Of a stretch of 64,000 bases of DNA, positions 14,340 to 25,686 are shown one piece after another. The notes beneath the pieces were generated by a model that saw nothing but the letters and a program-made list of their open reading frames with translations, made no database searches and had not been told where the DNA came from. This stretch comes from Mobula birostris (lineage: Eukaryota), in assembly GCF_030028105.1 (NCBI RefSeq), contig NC_092377.1:3973079-4037078 (forward strand), in the 5' to 3' direction. Position 1 is the first letter of the stretch; each line of letters begins with the position of its first letter. A program made the position numbers and the translations under genes.

Positions 14340-14635
14340 AGCTTCCATCAGTTCCCACCAGTCTTCCTTGAACAGGAACATGTTGATCCTCACGTCCCAG
14401 CATCTCACTTTTAAATGCCTCTCCCATCAAATGTTGTTTTTCCTTCTGTCAGCTGCTCGCAGTCTACTTTCTCACAGTTACCATCAGGCAGGAGGTACAG
14501 AAGCTTGAAGTCTCACACCACCACGTTCAAGAACAACTATTTCCCTTCAGCCATTGAGTTCCCGAACCAAACAGCCCAACCCAACTCACTACAGTTTAAA
14601 AAGACAATGGTCATTTTGATCACCGTATCCTAAAA
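14340..14635 (+). mobile_element. Rex/Babar-like LINE 3' fragment
   Basis: FSQLPSGRRYRSLKSHTTTFKNNYFPSAI in ORF 14415-14633. Confidence 0.7.
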
Positions 14636-14661
14636 CGAGCTGCTTTATTTTTAAAAATGCA

Positions 14662-14895
14662 AACAACAGGAATTCTGCAGATGCAGGAAATTCAAGCAAC
14701 ACACATCAAAGTTGCTGGTGAACGCAGCAGGCCAGGCAGCATCTCTAGGAAGTGGTACAGTTGACGTTTCAGTCCGAGACCCTTCGTCAGGACTAATTCC
14801 CTCCTGACGAAGGGTCTCGGCCCGAAACGTCGACTGTACCTCTTCCTAGAGATGCTGCCTGGCCTGCTGCGTTCACCAGCAACTTTGATGTGTGT
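14662..14895. repeat. Fold-back Penelope-derived mini-element: ~93-bp inverted arms (14700-14792 and 14802-14895), each with a hammerhead core
   Basis: The arms are reverse complements around the spacer CTAATTCCC; CTGACGA...GAAACGTC is present on both strands. Confidence 0.85.
14800..14836 (+). ncRNA. Minimal hammerhead ribozyme motif
   Basis: CUGACGA (14804-14810)-A-GGGU CUCG GCCC-GAAAC-GUC (predicted cleavage after 14831)-GACUG; the helix I 5' strand is truncated at the junction. Confidence 0.55.
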
Positions 14896-15242
14896 CACCT
14901 GTTTTATTTTTGTTCAGATTATGTTCTTTCTTGTAAAATTTGTGTATAATTGGTGTTTTTCTTGTGAATGCTGCCTATTTGATGCTCTGTGCCTGATCTG
15001 CAAGCGTTTCATTGCATCTGTCCCGATATGTACTTGTGCAGAGGACAATAAACACCACACTAATGCTTTCAAATATGATATGAGCCATTTCTGTACAATT
15101 AATAACTCTCAGCAAAGTGCTTCCATTTGCATCATACAGTGCAGCTAAAACAATTCTACATAGTTAGTATTTCAATCTTTTACTCTCTTAGATGTAGCTA
15201 TGCAGAAAGATTTTTAAGGTAATTGATATTTTCCCTTTAAAG

Positions 15243-15587
15243 ATGCCAATCCTCCAGTCCTTATCCAGTCCCCAAGTCAGGAGAGCATCACCGAGGGGCA
15301 ATCGGCACGGTTATGGTGCACCATGAAGAACGCCGGAGTGGGAAACACTGATGTCCACTGGTATCGGAGGCTACCCGGGCAGGACATGGAGTGGGTCTTA
15401 ACACACGAGGCAGGAGGGAGCGTACGAAGGAGACCAGGTTTCACTGAGAGGTTCCAACCCTCCAGGAACTCCTCCAGTAGCAGTTTCATCCTCATCGTCA
15501 CAAAGGTCGAGGTCAATGACTCTGCCGACTATTACTGCAGAGTGTGGGGAGACATCAGTGGAAATGGATCCCGGCTCATTGTCATTA
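15243..15587 (+). CDS. Ig V-set exon, germline-joined VJ type, resembling antigen-receptor (Ig light chain/TCR-gamma) V domains
   Basis: Acceptor TTTTCCCTTTAAAG|, donor ATTA|GTAAGT, phase 1-1, 345 nt open frame: xANPPVLIQSPSQESITEGQSARLWCTMKNAGVGNTDVHWYRRLPGQDMEWVLTHEAGGSVRRRPGFTERFQPSRNSSSSSFILIVTKVEVNDSADYYCRVWGDISGNGSRLIVI. Has both canonical Cys, W in HWY, DSADYYC and a J-like SGNGSRLIV; no RSS. Confidence 0.92.
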
Positions 15588-15999
15588 GTAAGTTCAGTTT
15601 ACACAATGCGAACTGATTTCTAGTACTGGAGATAATGAGCATGTATGGGCCAGGACAACAAGTTTGTAAATTCATTTTTTTAAGGTATGATGTGCTTATT
15701 TCTGAACATCTTCCAGATGTTAAATCTTTTAGTTTTCATGAACACATCTGACAACAATTTTGTGGAATATTACTTTTTCATCTGGGATCCTGATTGGATA
15801 TTATAGCCCAATGATATGGACATGGAATTTTCCAATTTCTGCAAACCCAACCCTACCCCTTTCCTGTCTGCTTTTCATACTCATACTGTCTCTCACTCTG
15901 CCCAGACCCGTTACCCAGTTCCATTCCCCTAACCCACCTGCCTGTCTCACACAAACTTTACCTTCTGGGTGTCCTACCTCTTTCCCTCAACGAGTTTGG

Positions 16000-16265
16000 G
16001 TTGGCACAGTAGTGTACAATGCCTTTCAGTACCAGTGGCGTGGGTTCAATTCCTGCTGCTGCTGAAAGAAGGTCGTACATTATTCCAATGATCGCGTAGA
16101 TTTCCTCCGGGTGTTCTGGTTTCCTCCCACAGTCCAAAGACACACCGGTTGTTAGGTTAATTGGTGATTGTAAGTTGTCCTGTGATTAGGCTCGGATTAA
16201 ATCAGGGGATCACTGGGTCAAAGGCCGAAGGGCCTATTCCACGCTGTAACTCAATAAATAAATAA
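16000..16265 (+). mobile_element. tRNA-derived SINE (HE1/V-SINE-like)
   Basis: B-box GGTTCAATTCC; core TTTCCTCCGGGTGTTCTGGTTTCCTCCCACAGTCCAAAGA; (TAAA)n tail. Confidence 0.8.
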
Positions 16266-16619
16266 AATCAAATAAAAGTTCTATCTACACATAATTCCTC
16301 CGCTGTTCCCTTCCTTATCAGATTCCGGGTGACGGGGTGGTGATATGGAGGCGTAAGGTGCTCCTTCCCTCTGCTAGCCTGGACAAGGTGGACTTGCTCA
16401 CCGTACCCACTTCCTGCCCATTACACCACTGGCATTTGGGGCAGAATGAAGGTCCTCCATCTCTGATGGTCAATGTGTAGCACCCGCTTAGCCCCCCACC
16501 CCGGTCAGGGTCACGAGCAGCCAGGGAAGCAGTGGTGAATGGTCGTATGAGCAGCTGGTGCATATCACAAGTCCTGGTTATGCGACAACTGATGCTAGAC
16601 AAGCAGTCTCTGGAGAGTA

Positions 16620-17075
16620 TAGATAGACAGATAGATAGACATACTTTATTGATCCCGAGGGAAATTGGGTTTCGTTACAGTTGCACCAACCAAGAATAGA
16701 GTATAAATATAGCAATATAAAACCATAAATAATTAAGTAATAGTATGTAAATTATGCCAGATGGAAATAAGTCCCGGACCAGTCTATTGGCTCAGGGTGT
16801 CTGACCCTCCAAGGGAGGAGTTGTAAAGTTTGATGGCCACAGGCAGGAATGACTTCCTATGACGCTCTGTGTTGCATCTTGGTGGAATGAGTCTCTGGCT
16901 GAATGTACTCCTGTGCCCACCCAGTACATAATGTAGTGGATGGGAGACATTGTCCAAGTTGGCATGCAACTTGGACAGCACCCTCTTTTCAGACACCACT
17001 GTCAGAGAGTCCAGTTCCATCCCCACAACATCACTGGCCTTACGAATGAGTTTACTGATAATGGCTGGGGTCACC
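16620..17075 (-). mobile_element. Rex/Babar-like LINE 3' fragment with a (TATC)n-type tail
   Basis: ORF 16784-17074 HPLH...RCNTERHRKSFLPVAIKLYNSS; GATA-type repeat at 16620-16640. Confidence 0.75.
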
Positions 17076-17093
17076 CGTCTTGTAGAGACATTG

Positions 17094-17211
17094 ACAACAC
17101 GCTGGAGGAACTCAGCAGGTTGGGCAGCAACCGTGGAAAAGATTAGTCGACGTTTCGGGCCGGAACCCTTCTGGAAGCTGCCCGACCTGCTGAGTTCCTC
17201 CAGCGTGTTGT
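17094..17211. repeat. Hairpin mini-element with 35-bp inverted arms, Penelope-end derived
   Basis: ACAACACGCTGGAGGAACTCAGCAGGTTGGGCAGC ... GCTGCCCGACCTGCTGAGTTCCTCCAGCGTGTTGT (one mismatch). Confidence 0.8.
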
Positions 17212-17245
17212 GAGTGTTGCTTTGACCCCAGCATCTGCAGAGTAT

Positions 17246-20200
17246 GCAAACAACAGGAATTCTGCAGATGCTGGAAATTCAAGCAACACACATCAAAGTT
17301 GCTGGTGAACGCAGCAGGCCAAGCAGCATCTGTAGGAAGAGGTGCAGTCGACGTTTCAGGCCGAGGCCCTTCGTCAGGACTAACTGAAGGAAGAGTGAGT
17401 AAGGGATTTGAAAGTTGGAGGGGGAGGGGGAGATCCAAAATGATAGGAGAAGACAGGAGGGGGAGGGATAGAGCCAAGAGCTGCACAGGTGATAGGCAAA
17501 AGGGGATACGAGAGGATCATGGGACAGGAGGTCCGGGAAGAAAGACAAGGGGGGGAGGGACCCAGGGGATGGACAAGAGGTATATTCAGAGGGACAGAGG
17601 GAGAAAAAGGAGAGTGAGAGAAAGAATGTGTGCATAAAAATGAGTAACAGATGGGGTACAAGGGGGAGGTGGGGCATTAGCGGAAGTTAGAGAAGTCGAT
17701 GTTCATGCCATCAGGTTGGAGGCTACCCAGACGGAATATAAGGTGTTGTTCCTCCAACCTGAGTGTGGCTTCATCTTTACAGTAGAGGAGGCCGTGGATA
17801 GACATGTCAGAATGGGAATGGGATGTGGAATTAAAATGTGTGGCCACTGGGAGATCCTGCTTTCTCTGGCGGACAGAGCGTAGATGTTCAGCAAAGCGGT
17901 CTCCCAGTCTGCGTCAGGTCTCGCCAATATATAGAAGGCCACATCGGGAGCACCGGACGCAGTATATCACCCCAGTCGACTCACAGGTGAAGTGTTGCCT
18001 CACCTCGAAGGACTGTCTGGGGCCCTGAATGGTGGTAAGGGAGGAAGTGTAAGGGCATGTGTAGCACTTGTTCCGCTTACACGGATAAGTGCCAGGAGGG
18101 AGATCAGTGGGGAGGGATGGGGGGGACGAATGGACAAGGGAGTTGTGTAGAGAGTGATCCCTGTGGAATGCAGAGAGAGGGGGGGAGGGAAAGATGTGCT
18201 TAGTGGTGGGATCCCGTTGGAGGTGGCGGAAGTTACGGAGAATAATATGTTGGACCCGGAGGCTGGTGGGGTGGTAGGTGAGGGGCAGGGGAACCCTATT
18301 CCTAGTGGGGTGGCGGGAGGATGGAGTGAGAGCAGATGTACGTGAAATGGGGGAGATGTGTTTAAGGGCAGAGTTGATAGTGGAGGAAGGGAAGCCCCTT
18401 TCTTTAAAAAAGGAAGACATCTCCCTCGTCCTAGAATGAAAAGCCTCATCCTGAGAGCAGATGCGGCGGAGACGAAGGAATTGCGAGAAGGGGATGGTGT
18501 TTTTGCAAGAGACAGGGTGAGAAGAGGAATAGTCCAGATAGCTGTGAGAGTCAGTAGGCTTATAGTAGACATCAGTGGATAAGCTGTCTCCAGAGACAGA
18601 CAGAAAGATCTAGAAAGGGGAGGGAGGTGTTGGAAATGGACCAGATAAACTTGAGGGCAGGGTGAAAGTTGGAGGCAAAGTTAATAAAGTCAACGAGTTC
18701 TGCATGCGTGCAGGAAGCAGCGCCAATGCAGTCGTCGATGTAGCGAAGGAAAAGTGGGGGACAGATACCAGAATAGGCACGGAACATAGATTGTTCCACA
18801 AACCCAACAAAAAGGCAGGCATAGCTAGGACCCATATGGGTGCCCATCGCTACACCTTTAGTTTGGAGGAAGTGGGAGGAGCCAAAGGAGAAATTATTAA
18901 GAGTAAGGACTAATTCCGCAAGACGGAGCAGAGTGGTGGTAGAGGGGAACTGATTAGGTCTGGAATCCAAAAAGAAGCGTAGAGCTTTGAGACCTTCCTG
19001 ATGGGGGATGGAAGTATATAAGGACTGGACATCCATCGTGAAAATAAAGCGGTGGGGGCCAGGGAACTTAAAATCATCGAAAAGTTTAAGAGCGTGAGAA
19101 GTGTCACGAACATAGGTCGGAAGGGATTGAACAAGGGGTGATAAAACAGTGTCGAGGTATGCAGAAATGAGTTCGGTGGGGCAGGAGCAAGCTGAGACAA
19201 TAGGTCGGCCAGGACAGGCAGGTTTGTGGATCTTGGGTAGGAGGTAGAAACGGGAAGTGCAGGGTGTGGGAACTATAAGGTTGGTAGCAGTGGATGGGAG
19301 ATCCCCTGAGCGGATAAAGTCGTGATGGTGTGGGAGACAATGGCCTGGTGCTCCTTAGTGGGGTCACGATCGAGAGGTACATAAGAGGAGGCATCCGCGA
19401 GTTGTCGCTGTGCCTCGGCAAGGTAGAGGTCAGTACGCCAGACTACAACAGCACCCCCCTTATCGGCGGGTTTAATAATAAGGTTAGGATTAGTGCGGAG
19501 GGAGTGGAGAGCAGAGCGTTCCGAAGGAGTGAGGTTGGAATGGGGACAAGGTGCGGTGAAATCGAGACGGTTAATGTCCCGTCGGCAGTTAGCAATAAAG
19601 AGATCCAGAGCAGGCAGAAGACCAGAGCGGGGTGTCCATGAAGAAGAGGAGGGGAGAAGACGGGAGAAGGGGTCATCGGTGGGGGTGGAAGAGTCCTTGC
19701 CGAAGAAGTAGGCTCGGAGACGGAGACGGCGGAAGAAAAGTTCCGCATCGTGGCGAACACGGAACTCGCTGAGGTGTGGGCGAAGGGGGACAAAGGCGAG
19801 GCCCTTACTGAGGACAGAGCGTTCTGCCTCCGACAGTTGAAGGTCGGAGGGGATGGTAAAGACCCGGCACGGATGAGAGCTGGGATCAGAGGGGGGAGGG
19901 GGGAGGCTGGGGGTGTCAATGGAGAGGGGAGGGTTGGGGTGAGAGGAAGATGGAGCCTCTGAGGGCCCAGGAGCTGACGATGGGATCTGAAGGAGACGGG
20001 GTTGCAGAGTGGTGGTGGGGGAGGGGGAGACGGGAGTCACAACAGCAGCACATAAAGACCCGGCCTGGAGTTCAAGGCTGGCGTCTCAGTTGGTGGTTGC
20101 GCAATCGCTGTGAAGGTGTCCATGGTCATTGCTGGAGTCCGGGTTTTGAATATGCCCTGAGGTGTTGGAGCCGCCGAGATCAATGGCAGGAGCCGCAATC

Positions 20201-20355
20201 TGAAGTTCATGCCGGCTAGCGTCGGGGCCGGCGGGCTCTGGAGTCCGTAGATGTAGGATCTTGCGATCTTCTGCAGAGTACTTTGTGTTTGTAAAGACAT
20301 TGTCCAGAAGGCAATGGCAAATCATTTCTGTAGAAAACTTTTCCAAGAACAATGA
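17246..20355 (-). mobile_element. Penelope-like retroelement (RT + GIY-YIG endonuclease, 3' pLTR), frameshifted and 5'-truncated
   Basis: IIKPADKGGAVVVW (19273-20040); MDVQSLYTSIPH, KGVAMGTHMGPSYA, LRYIDD (18572-19036); VIYCVRCSRCGLLYIGET (17914-18420). Confidence 0.95.
17345..17382 (-). ncRNA. Minimal type I hammerhead ribozyme in the Penelope 3' pLTR
   Basis: UAGUC-CUGACGA-A-GGGC CUCG GCCU-GAAAC-GUC-GACUG: helix I UAGUC/GACUG, intact core, palindromic ACGU helix III; sense to the element. Confidence 0.75.
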
Positions 20356-20414
20356 TGATCATAGATCATGATCGCCCATGTCATACGACACGGCACATTG
20401 TGATGATGATGATC

Positions 20415-20700
20415 AGATTCCAGTGTGTGCAGTCTCAATCTGTCACCACCTCTACCTGTCCCTCTCCCCACCTGTCCTTTCCATCTTTCTTCATTTCCCT
20501 CTACCCTTCTCCGATCTCCACCTCTTCTTCTCCTCCACCTGGTTCTTTCTGGTTCCTGCTGATTCCAGTGTGTGCAGTCTCAATCTATGACCTCCTCTAC
20601 CTATCCCTCTCCCCACCTGTCCTTTCCAACTCACCTTGTCTCTCTCTCTACCTTTCTCTGATCTCCACCTCTCCTTCTCCTCCACCTGGTTCCACCTGTT
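20415..20700 (+). repeat. Imperfect tandem duplication (~145-bp unit, pyrimidine-rich)
   Basis: GATTCCAGTGTGTGCAGTCTCAATCT...CTCCCCACCTGTCCTTTCCA...GATCTCCACCTCT..TTCTCCTCCACCTGGTT occurs twice (~20416, ~20561). Confidence 0.7.
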
Positions 20701-21696
20701 CCTCACTTTCCTTCTCATCAGGTTCCAGCTTTCCCTACCAGCCACTGTCTCACATTCACCCCCTCCCCTCCCTTCTACAGACCAGCATCTCCCCTCAGCA
20801 TTGACAGAGCTGTGCAGGATCATGATCCTTCTGCCTCCATGGATGCTGGCTGGCCTGCTGTGATCTCCCATGTCTCCTAGTCAATGAGTGAGAACAGAGA
20901 ACAAAAGAATACAGAGAATAGTGAGAGAGTCGAGGACCAGAGGGCACAGTCTCAAAACAGAGACGTCCATTTAGGACAGAGATGTAGAAGAATTTCTTTA
21001 GCCAGAAGGTGGTGAATCTGTGGAACTCATTGCTACAGACGGCTGTGGACGACAAGTCATTGGGAATATTTAAAACTGAGGTTGATTGGCTCTTAATTAA
21101 TCAAGGTATGAAAGGTTATGGGGAGAAGGCTGGAGAAAGGGGCTGAGAGGGATAATAAATCAGCCATGATGGAATAGCAGAGTAGACTCAATGGGCTGAA
21201 TGGCCTAATTCTGCTCCTATGTCTTATGGTCTAAAAAGAATGTTGGAGCTGTGAAAGCCAGAGGCGGAGGACGTGCCCATTGGACCTCCACTCCCAGAGG
21301 GAAAAAGCCAGACTGAAAGGTAAAGTAAAGCAAAAAGCTGAGCCAATACCACAGATGAATGATAGAGACAGACTGCGAAATCAGGTTACACTAAGCTGTG
21401 GAATTCAATTGCGAGTCCCGAATGCTGCAATGTGCCCAATGGAAAGATGAGGTGTTGTTACTGAAGATTGCTCTGATCTACATAATAACAGTGCAGGGGG
21501 CTACAGACCGAGCTCCCAGTCACGGCTTCTGGTTTTTATTTCAATACTCACACATTCTTCTCTACGTTGTCACTCTCGAACTGATTCCACTCAATAACTG
21601 ATCACATAACAGTCACTGACACCCCCTCTCCCTCATCCTCACGGCAGCTCCACCAGTCCTCATTGCTTCCTTCCCAGTCGTGACAAATGGTCTCAA

Positions 21697-21781
21697 ATGT
21701 GTCTCTGCTCACAGACCTGCCGAGAATGGCCAACATTTTCTGTTTTCATCCTGCTGTGGACTCTTTCTTCAACCCATTACC
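21697..21781 (+). CDS. Candidate signal-peptide exon (MCLCSQTCREWPTFSVFILLWTLSSTHY), phase 1
   Basis: Hydrophobic FSVFILLWTL in non-repeat sequence, donor C|GTAATC; weak Kozak context and a modest donor. Confidence 0.3.
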
Positions 21782-21808
21782 GTAATCAAAACAGAAACCA
21801 TTCTGAGC

Positions 21809-21998
21809 AACGCACACAAAATGCTGGAGGATCTCAGCAGGCCAGGCAGCATCTACGGAAATGAATAAACAGTCGACGATTCAGCCTGAGACCCTTCATC
21901 AGGACCATAGTCATTTCCACAGATACAGTCTGACCTGCTGAGATCCTCCAGCACGTCGTGTGTGTTACTCTGGATCTGCAGCATCTCCTGTGTTTCTG
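21809..21998. mobile_element. Fold-back Penelope-derived mini-element with a 16-bp TSD
   Basis: AGAAACCATTCTGAGC at 21793-21808 and 21999-22014; internal inverted arms ...TGCTGGAGGATCTCAGCAGG / CCTGCTGAGATCCTCCAGCA... Confidence 0.8.
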
Positions 21999-24900
21999 AG
22001 AAACCATTCTGAGCTCTGTAATGGGTGAAGATTACAGACGAACAAAGGACAGAGAATCGAGAATGTACTCAAACCACCTGGTAAAGTGCAGCATCCCCAC
22101 TGACTGCAAGGAAGCCACTGACAGATGACTGGTCAAAGTGGAGACAGAGAGACAGTTAGAACCTTCAGTCCATGCAGAGGAAATGTACAAACGTCTGTGT
22201 AAACAGACGAAGAAACACACAACCTGAACTGACCATTTTCCCCTCCCCATCAGTGGCAGAGTGTCAGCAGTCACCTCACAACCCACAATGTCACAGTGAA
22301 TAGAACAGCTGCCTCACGGTTCCAGTGTCCTGGCTTGAACCGTAACCTTCATTGTAGTCAGTGTAATGTTTGCATGCTCTCCCTGTGGTTACAATGGTTT
22401 CCTGTCACTGTCCAAAAACATGCTGGTTGACTGATTACTGGTTAGTGAGTTGTCAAACCTCGAGCGACTTGATGGGAACATGGAGGTGATAAATGGGATT
22501 AATCTAGGTTTAGAGGGAAGAGGTGAACAATGGATGCTGCGACCCACTGGGTCTGTTTCCATGACGTCCTGAGTATTCCCATTCCTCCCCACTTCCTTAT
22601 TCTGGTCTCTTCCCCCTTCCTTTCCAGTTCTGATGAAGGTTCTCTGTCCGAAACATCAACTGCCTGCCTACTGAGTTCCTCCAGCACTTTGTATGTGTTT
22701 TGCTCTGGATTTCCAGTACCTGTAGATTCTCTTGTGTTTATGATTTGCTGCTCCACTGTGAAGTCTCGTCGAGGGATCCCTACCCTGAAAAAGCTTAGGT
22801 CTTGTCTTGGACGGGAGTTCAGTAAGACCCTCTCCCACTGCTCCCCCTCTGAGGTCCTCTGACTCCCAGACTGAATTCTCCTAGACTTGCGACCACAGTG
22901 ACGTAATCTTTCCTGGGAGCTTGTCTTTGCATCTTATTCCACCACCCTCTCCCACCCATCTGGCTTCACCCTCTAGCTTGTCCATCTTCATCTTCTCCAC
23001 CCCCACCTTCTTGTTCTGGCTTCTTCCTTGTTCCTTTCCAGTTCTGATAGAGTTTCAGCCCGAAATATTGACTGTTTAATCCTGCCTGTAGACGCTGTCT
23101 GACCTACTGAGATTCCACAGCATTTTGTGTCTGTTGCTCTATGATTTCACTTGTGTTCCTAAAGCTGGAGTTACAAGTCATCCTGATCCTGAAATTGACA
23201 AATATTGAATATCAATTGTTGAGTATTATTTTAATCAGCTCCATATATTTCCCATATAAGATCTCAGTATCTGGCGTCCAACAGTCAACAAGATGTGTAT
23301 GCATGTGAACATCGAGCTCCATTGTGCCTTGTATATGACCCTGAGAATCAAAGTTCAAACTAAGTTTATTATCAAAGTCACAAATTCAAACAAATTGCAG
23401 ACATTCACAGTTAATTCAAGAAACACAATAGGATCTATGAAAGACCACTCCCAATATTGCGGCTAGACAACCAACGTGCAAAAGACACAACCTGTGCAAA
23501 TACACCAGAAATAAAATGACAAGAGAATAAACAATAAATATTGAGAACATGAGGTGAAGAGTCCTTGAAAGTAAGTCCATGGGTTCAATCGTGGGGCAAG
23601 TGAAGTTATCCTCTATGGTTCAAGAGCCTGATGGTTGAGGGGCAATAACTGTTCCTGAACCTGAGGCTCCTCTACCTCCCTCCTGATGTGAGAAGACAGC
23701 AGTGAGACGGGAGCAAGGCTGGACGCTGGGGGAACGATAGCAACTGTGCTCTGAATAGCTGTATCAGATCACTTTGTAGAGATTTCTTTTCACTTTGACA
23801 CGAGTGTTTTTTTTCTGTTGATCGGTGTCAAAAAAGCCAAATTAAATTTTCATGATTCAGTGTTGTGAAACAATGAAACAGGAAAACATTGAAGTGTGGT
23901 GAGTACTTTTTCTACGAAATGTAAATATATAGACCAACCTCTCAGCCCACCACCATCACCTGTCGACTAGCGCTCGTCGCTCACGAGGTGACACCGTGGT
24001 GTCAGGGTCCAGTCCTTGCCCTGACACCCAGCTCTCGCGAGGTGAATCTGGGACTTGGAGGACCAGTCCTCACATATACAGGCACATATATAATATCAGG
24101 AAAAACACAACCAGACCCCTCAGTCCATTTTAAATCTTCTGTCACCACAACTGCGCTACGCTGCCTCTGGTAGAGTGTCATGGCTTGGACACCAGTCCTC
24201 CGGCAGCAAATGACCCCGCAGCCTGAGGCCCAAGTCCATTGAGTGCCACTAAAATATCTGCAGTTGGCCACGGCAGAGTTTGTCTTCTGCCAAACGAAAC
24301 CCTGGCAGGGCAGCTCCAACTCCGATTTAAGGGTGGCAAAGTGAACCCTAGGAATTATGGACCAGACAGACCAATATCAGTGGAGCATTACCAGAGAGAA
24401 TCCTGAGAGAAAACTCATACATTTCTGAATAGATGGGGGGTTGATCAGAAGTAGCTGCAAGCTTTGTGCATGAGAAATCATGTCTTACAAACCTGAATGA
24501 GCTTTTTGATGAGGCGACCATGAAAGATGATAAAACCAGAGCAGTTATGGACTTCAACAAGCTTTTGATAAGGTTCCAAATGGTAGGCTGCTCTGGAAGG
24601 TTGGATCACATGGAATCCAGAGAGACCTATCTCCAACAAGATTCCACCACTGAATGCATATTTACCTCCGCACTCTTCCTGATACCCTGGTCCATTTGTC
24701 TCTGCCCACCTGCCAGTGCACTTTCTTTGCCAACTCAAAATAGTCCACAGATGCTGGGGTCAAAGCAACACGCACAACACACTGGAGGAAGTCAGCAGGT
24801 CGGGCAGCATCCGTGGAAATGAACAGTCAACGTTTCGGGCCGAGACCCCTCGTCAGGAGTTTGTTTGCCACTTATCTTGTGCAACTACAGAGCTGCAACT

Positions 24901-25656
24901 CCTGTCCCTTTCCAATGATTCAGGGACTCAAACAGTCATTCCAGGTAAGGCAGTGATTCCCGGGGATACTTTCATCACGTGAGTATGCTTGGTATTCACA
25001 ATGTGGCCTTTTCCACCATGGAGAAACCAAACACTGACTGGATAATCGTTTGGCAGAGGACCTGCACTTGGTCAACGGGGTGACTCCCCCTCCCATTCTC
25101 ACCTCCCCAGCTTCCAGTTGTGTGCTATCTTCATTCCCCATCTCATTCCCACTCTGACCTCTCGGCTTTGTCCTCCTGAAGAGAAAGATTAGCTTTATTT
25201 GTCACTCTTTGTTTCTGTTTTTCCTACCAAGAGAATGAGCTCACATTTGTCCACATGACATTCCAACTGTCTTCACCTTGCACGTTCACTCCGTGTGTCT
25301 CCATCCCCGTACGTCTCTGCATCCTCCTCACCAATCACGTTGCCAGCACCTCTGCATCCCTGACAGGCTTGGATACACTTGGTCCCCTTATTGATACAGA
25401 GTGTTAGAGCTGGACACAGCCCTGATCCCAGCCACTACTGACAGTCTTCCAGACAATCACCCTCTCTTCCCATTCCTTGTTCTCTGTCCAGTGGTCAATC
25501 CCAAATCTGATCAATGTAATTTCCCAAATCCCACCTGCTCTGAAGCCATTGAAGGGTTTCTGAATCTCCAGTGGACGATACTCACTGAATGACCCTCATC
25601 ATTTCAGATATGTACAAACTCAAAAAACATATGTCACCCATATTTCCCTTCCGTAG

Positions 25657-25686
25657 GTCCACACTGCCTGGGGAAAGCAGCAACAG
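25657..25686 (+). CDS. Candidate Cys-containing stalk micro-exon ((S)PHCLGKAAT), phase 1-1
   Basis: Strong acceptor CCCATATTTCCCTTCCGTAG|; weaker donor CAG|GTGTTG; 30 nt; joins V and TM in frame. Confidence 0.35.

Noticed and set aside
6000-15240. Leader exon for the V domain
   Set aside because: No convincing ATG-hydrophobic-GT exon was found. The interval is nearly all repeats, so the leader may lie upstream of the window or have been missed.
16000-16060. tRNA-like A/B boxes (also ~22280 and ~37900)
   Set aside because: They continue into a SINE core and simple-repeat tail and do not form a full cloverleaf, so they are SINE heads.
22032-22286. Minus-strand ORF containing LSVSTLTSHLSV, superficially like a C1 E-strand
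   Set aside because: It lacks correctly spaced Cys/Trp and flanking splice sites, and is on the opposite strand to the receptor.
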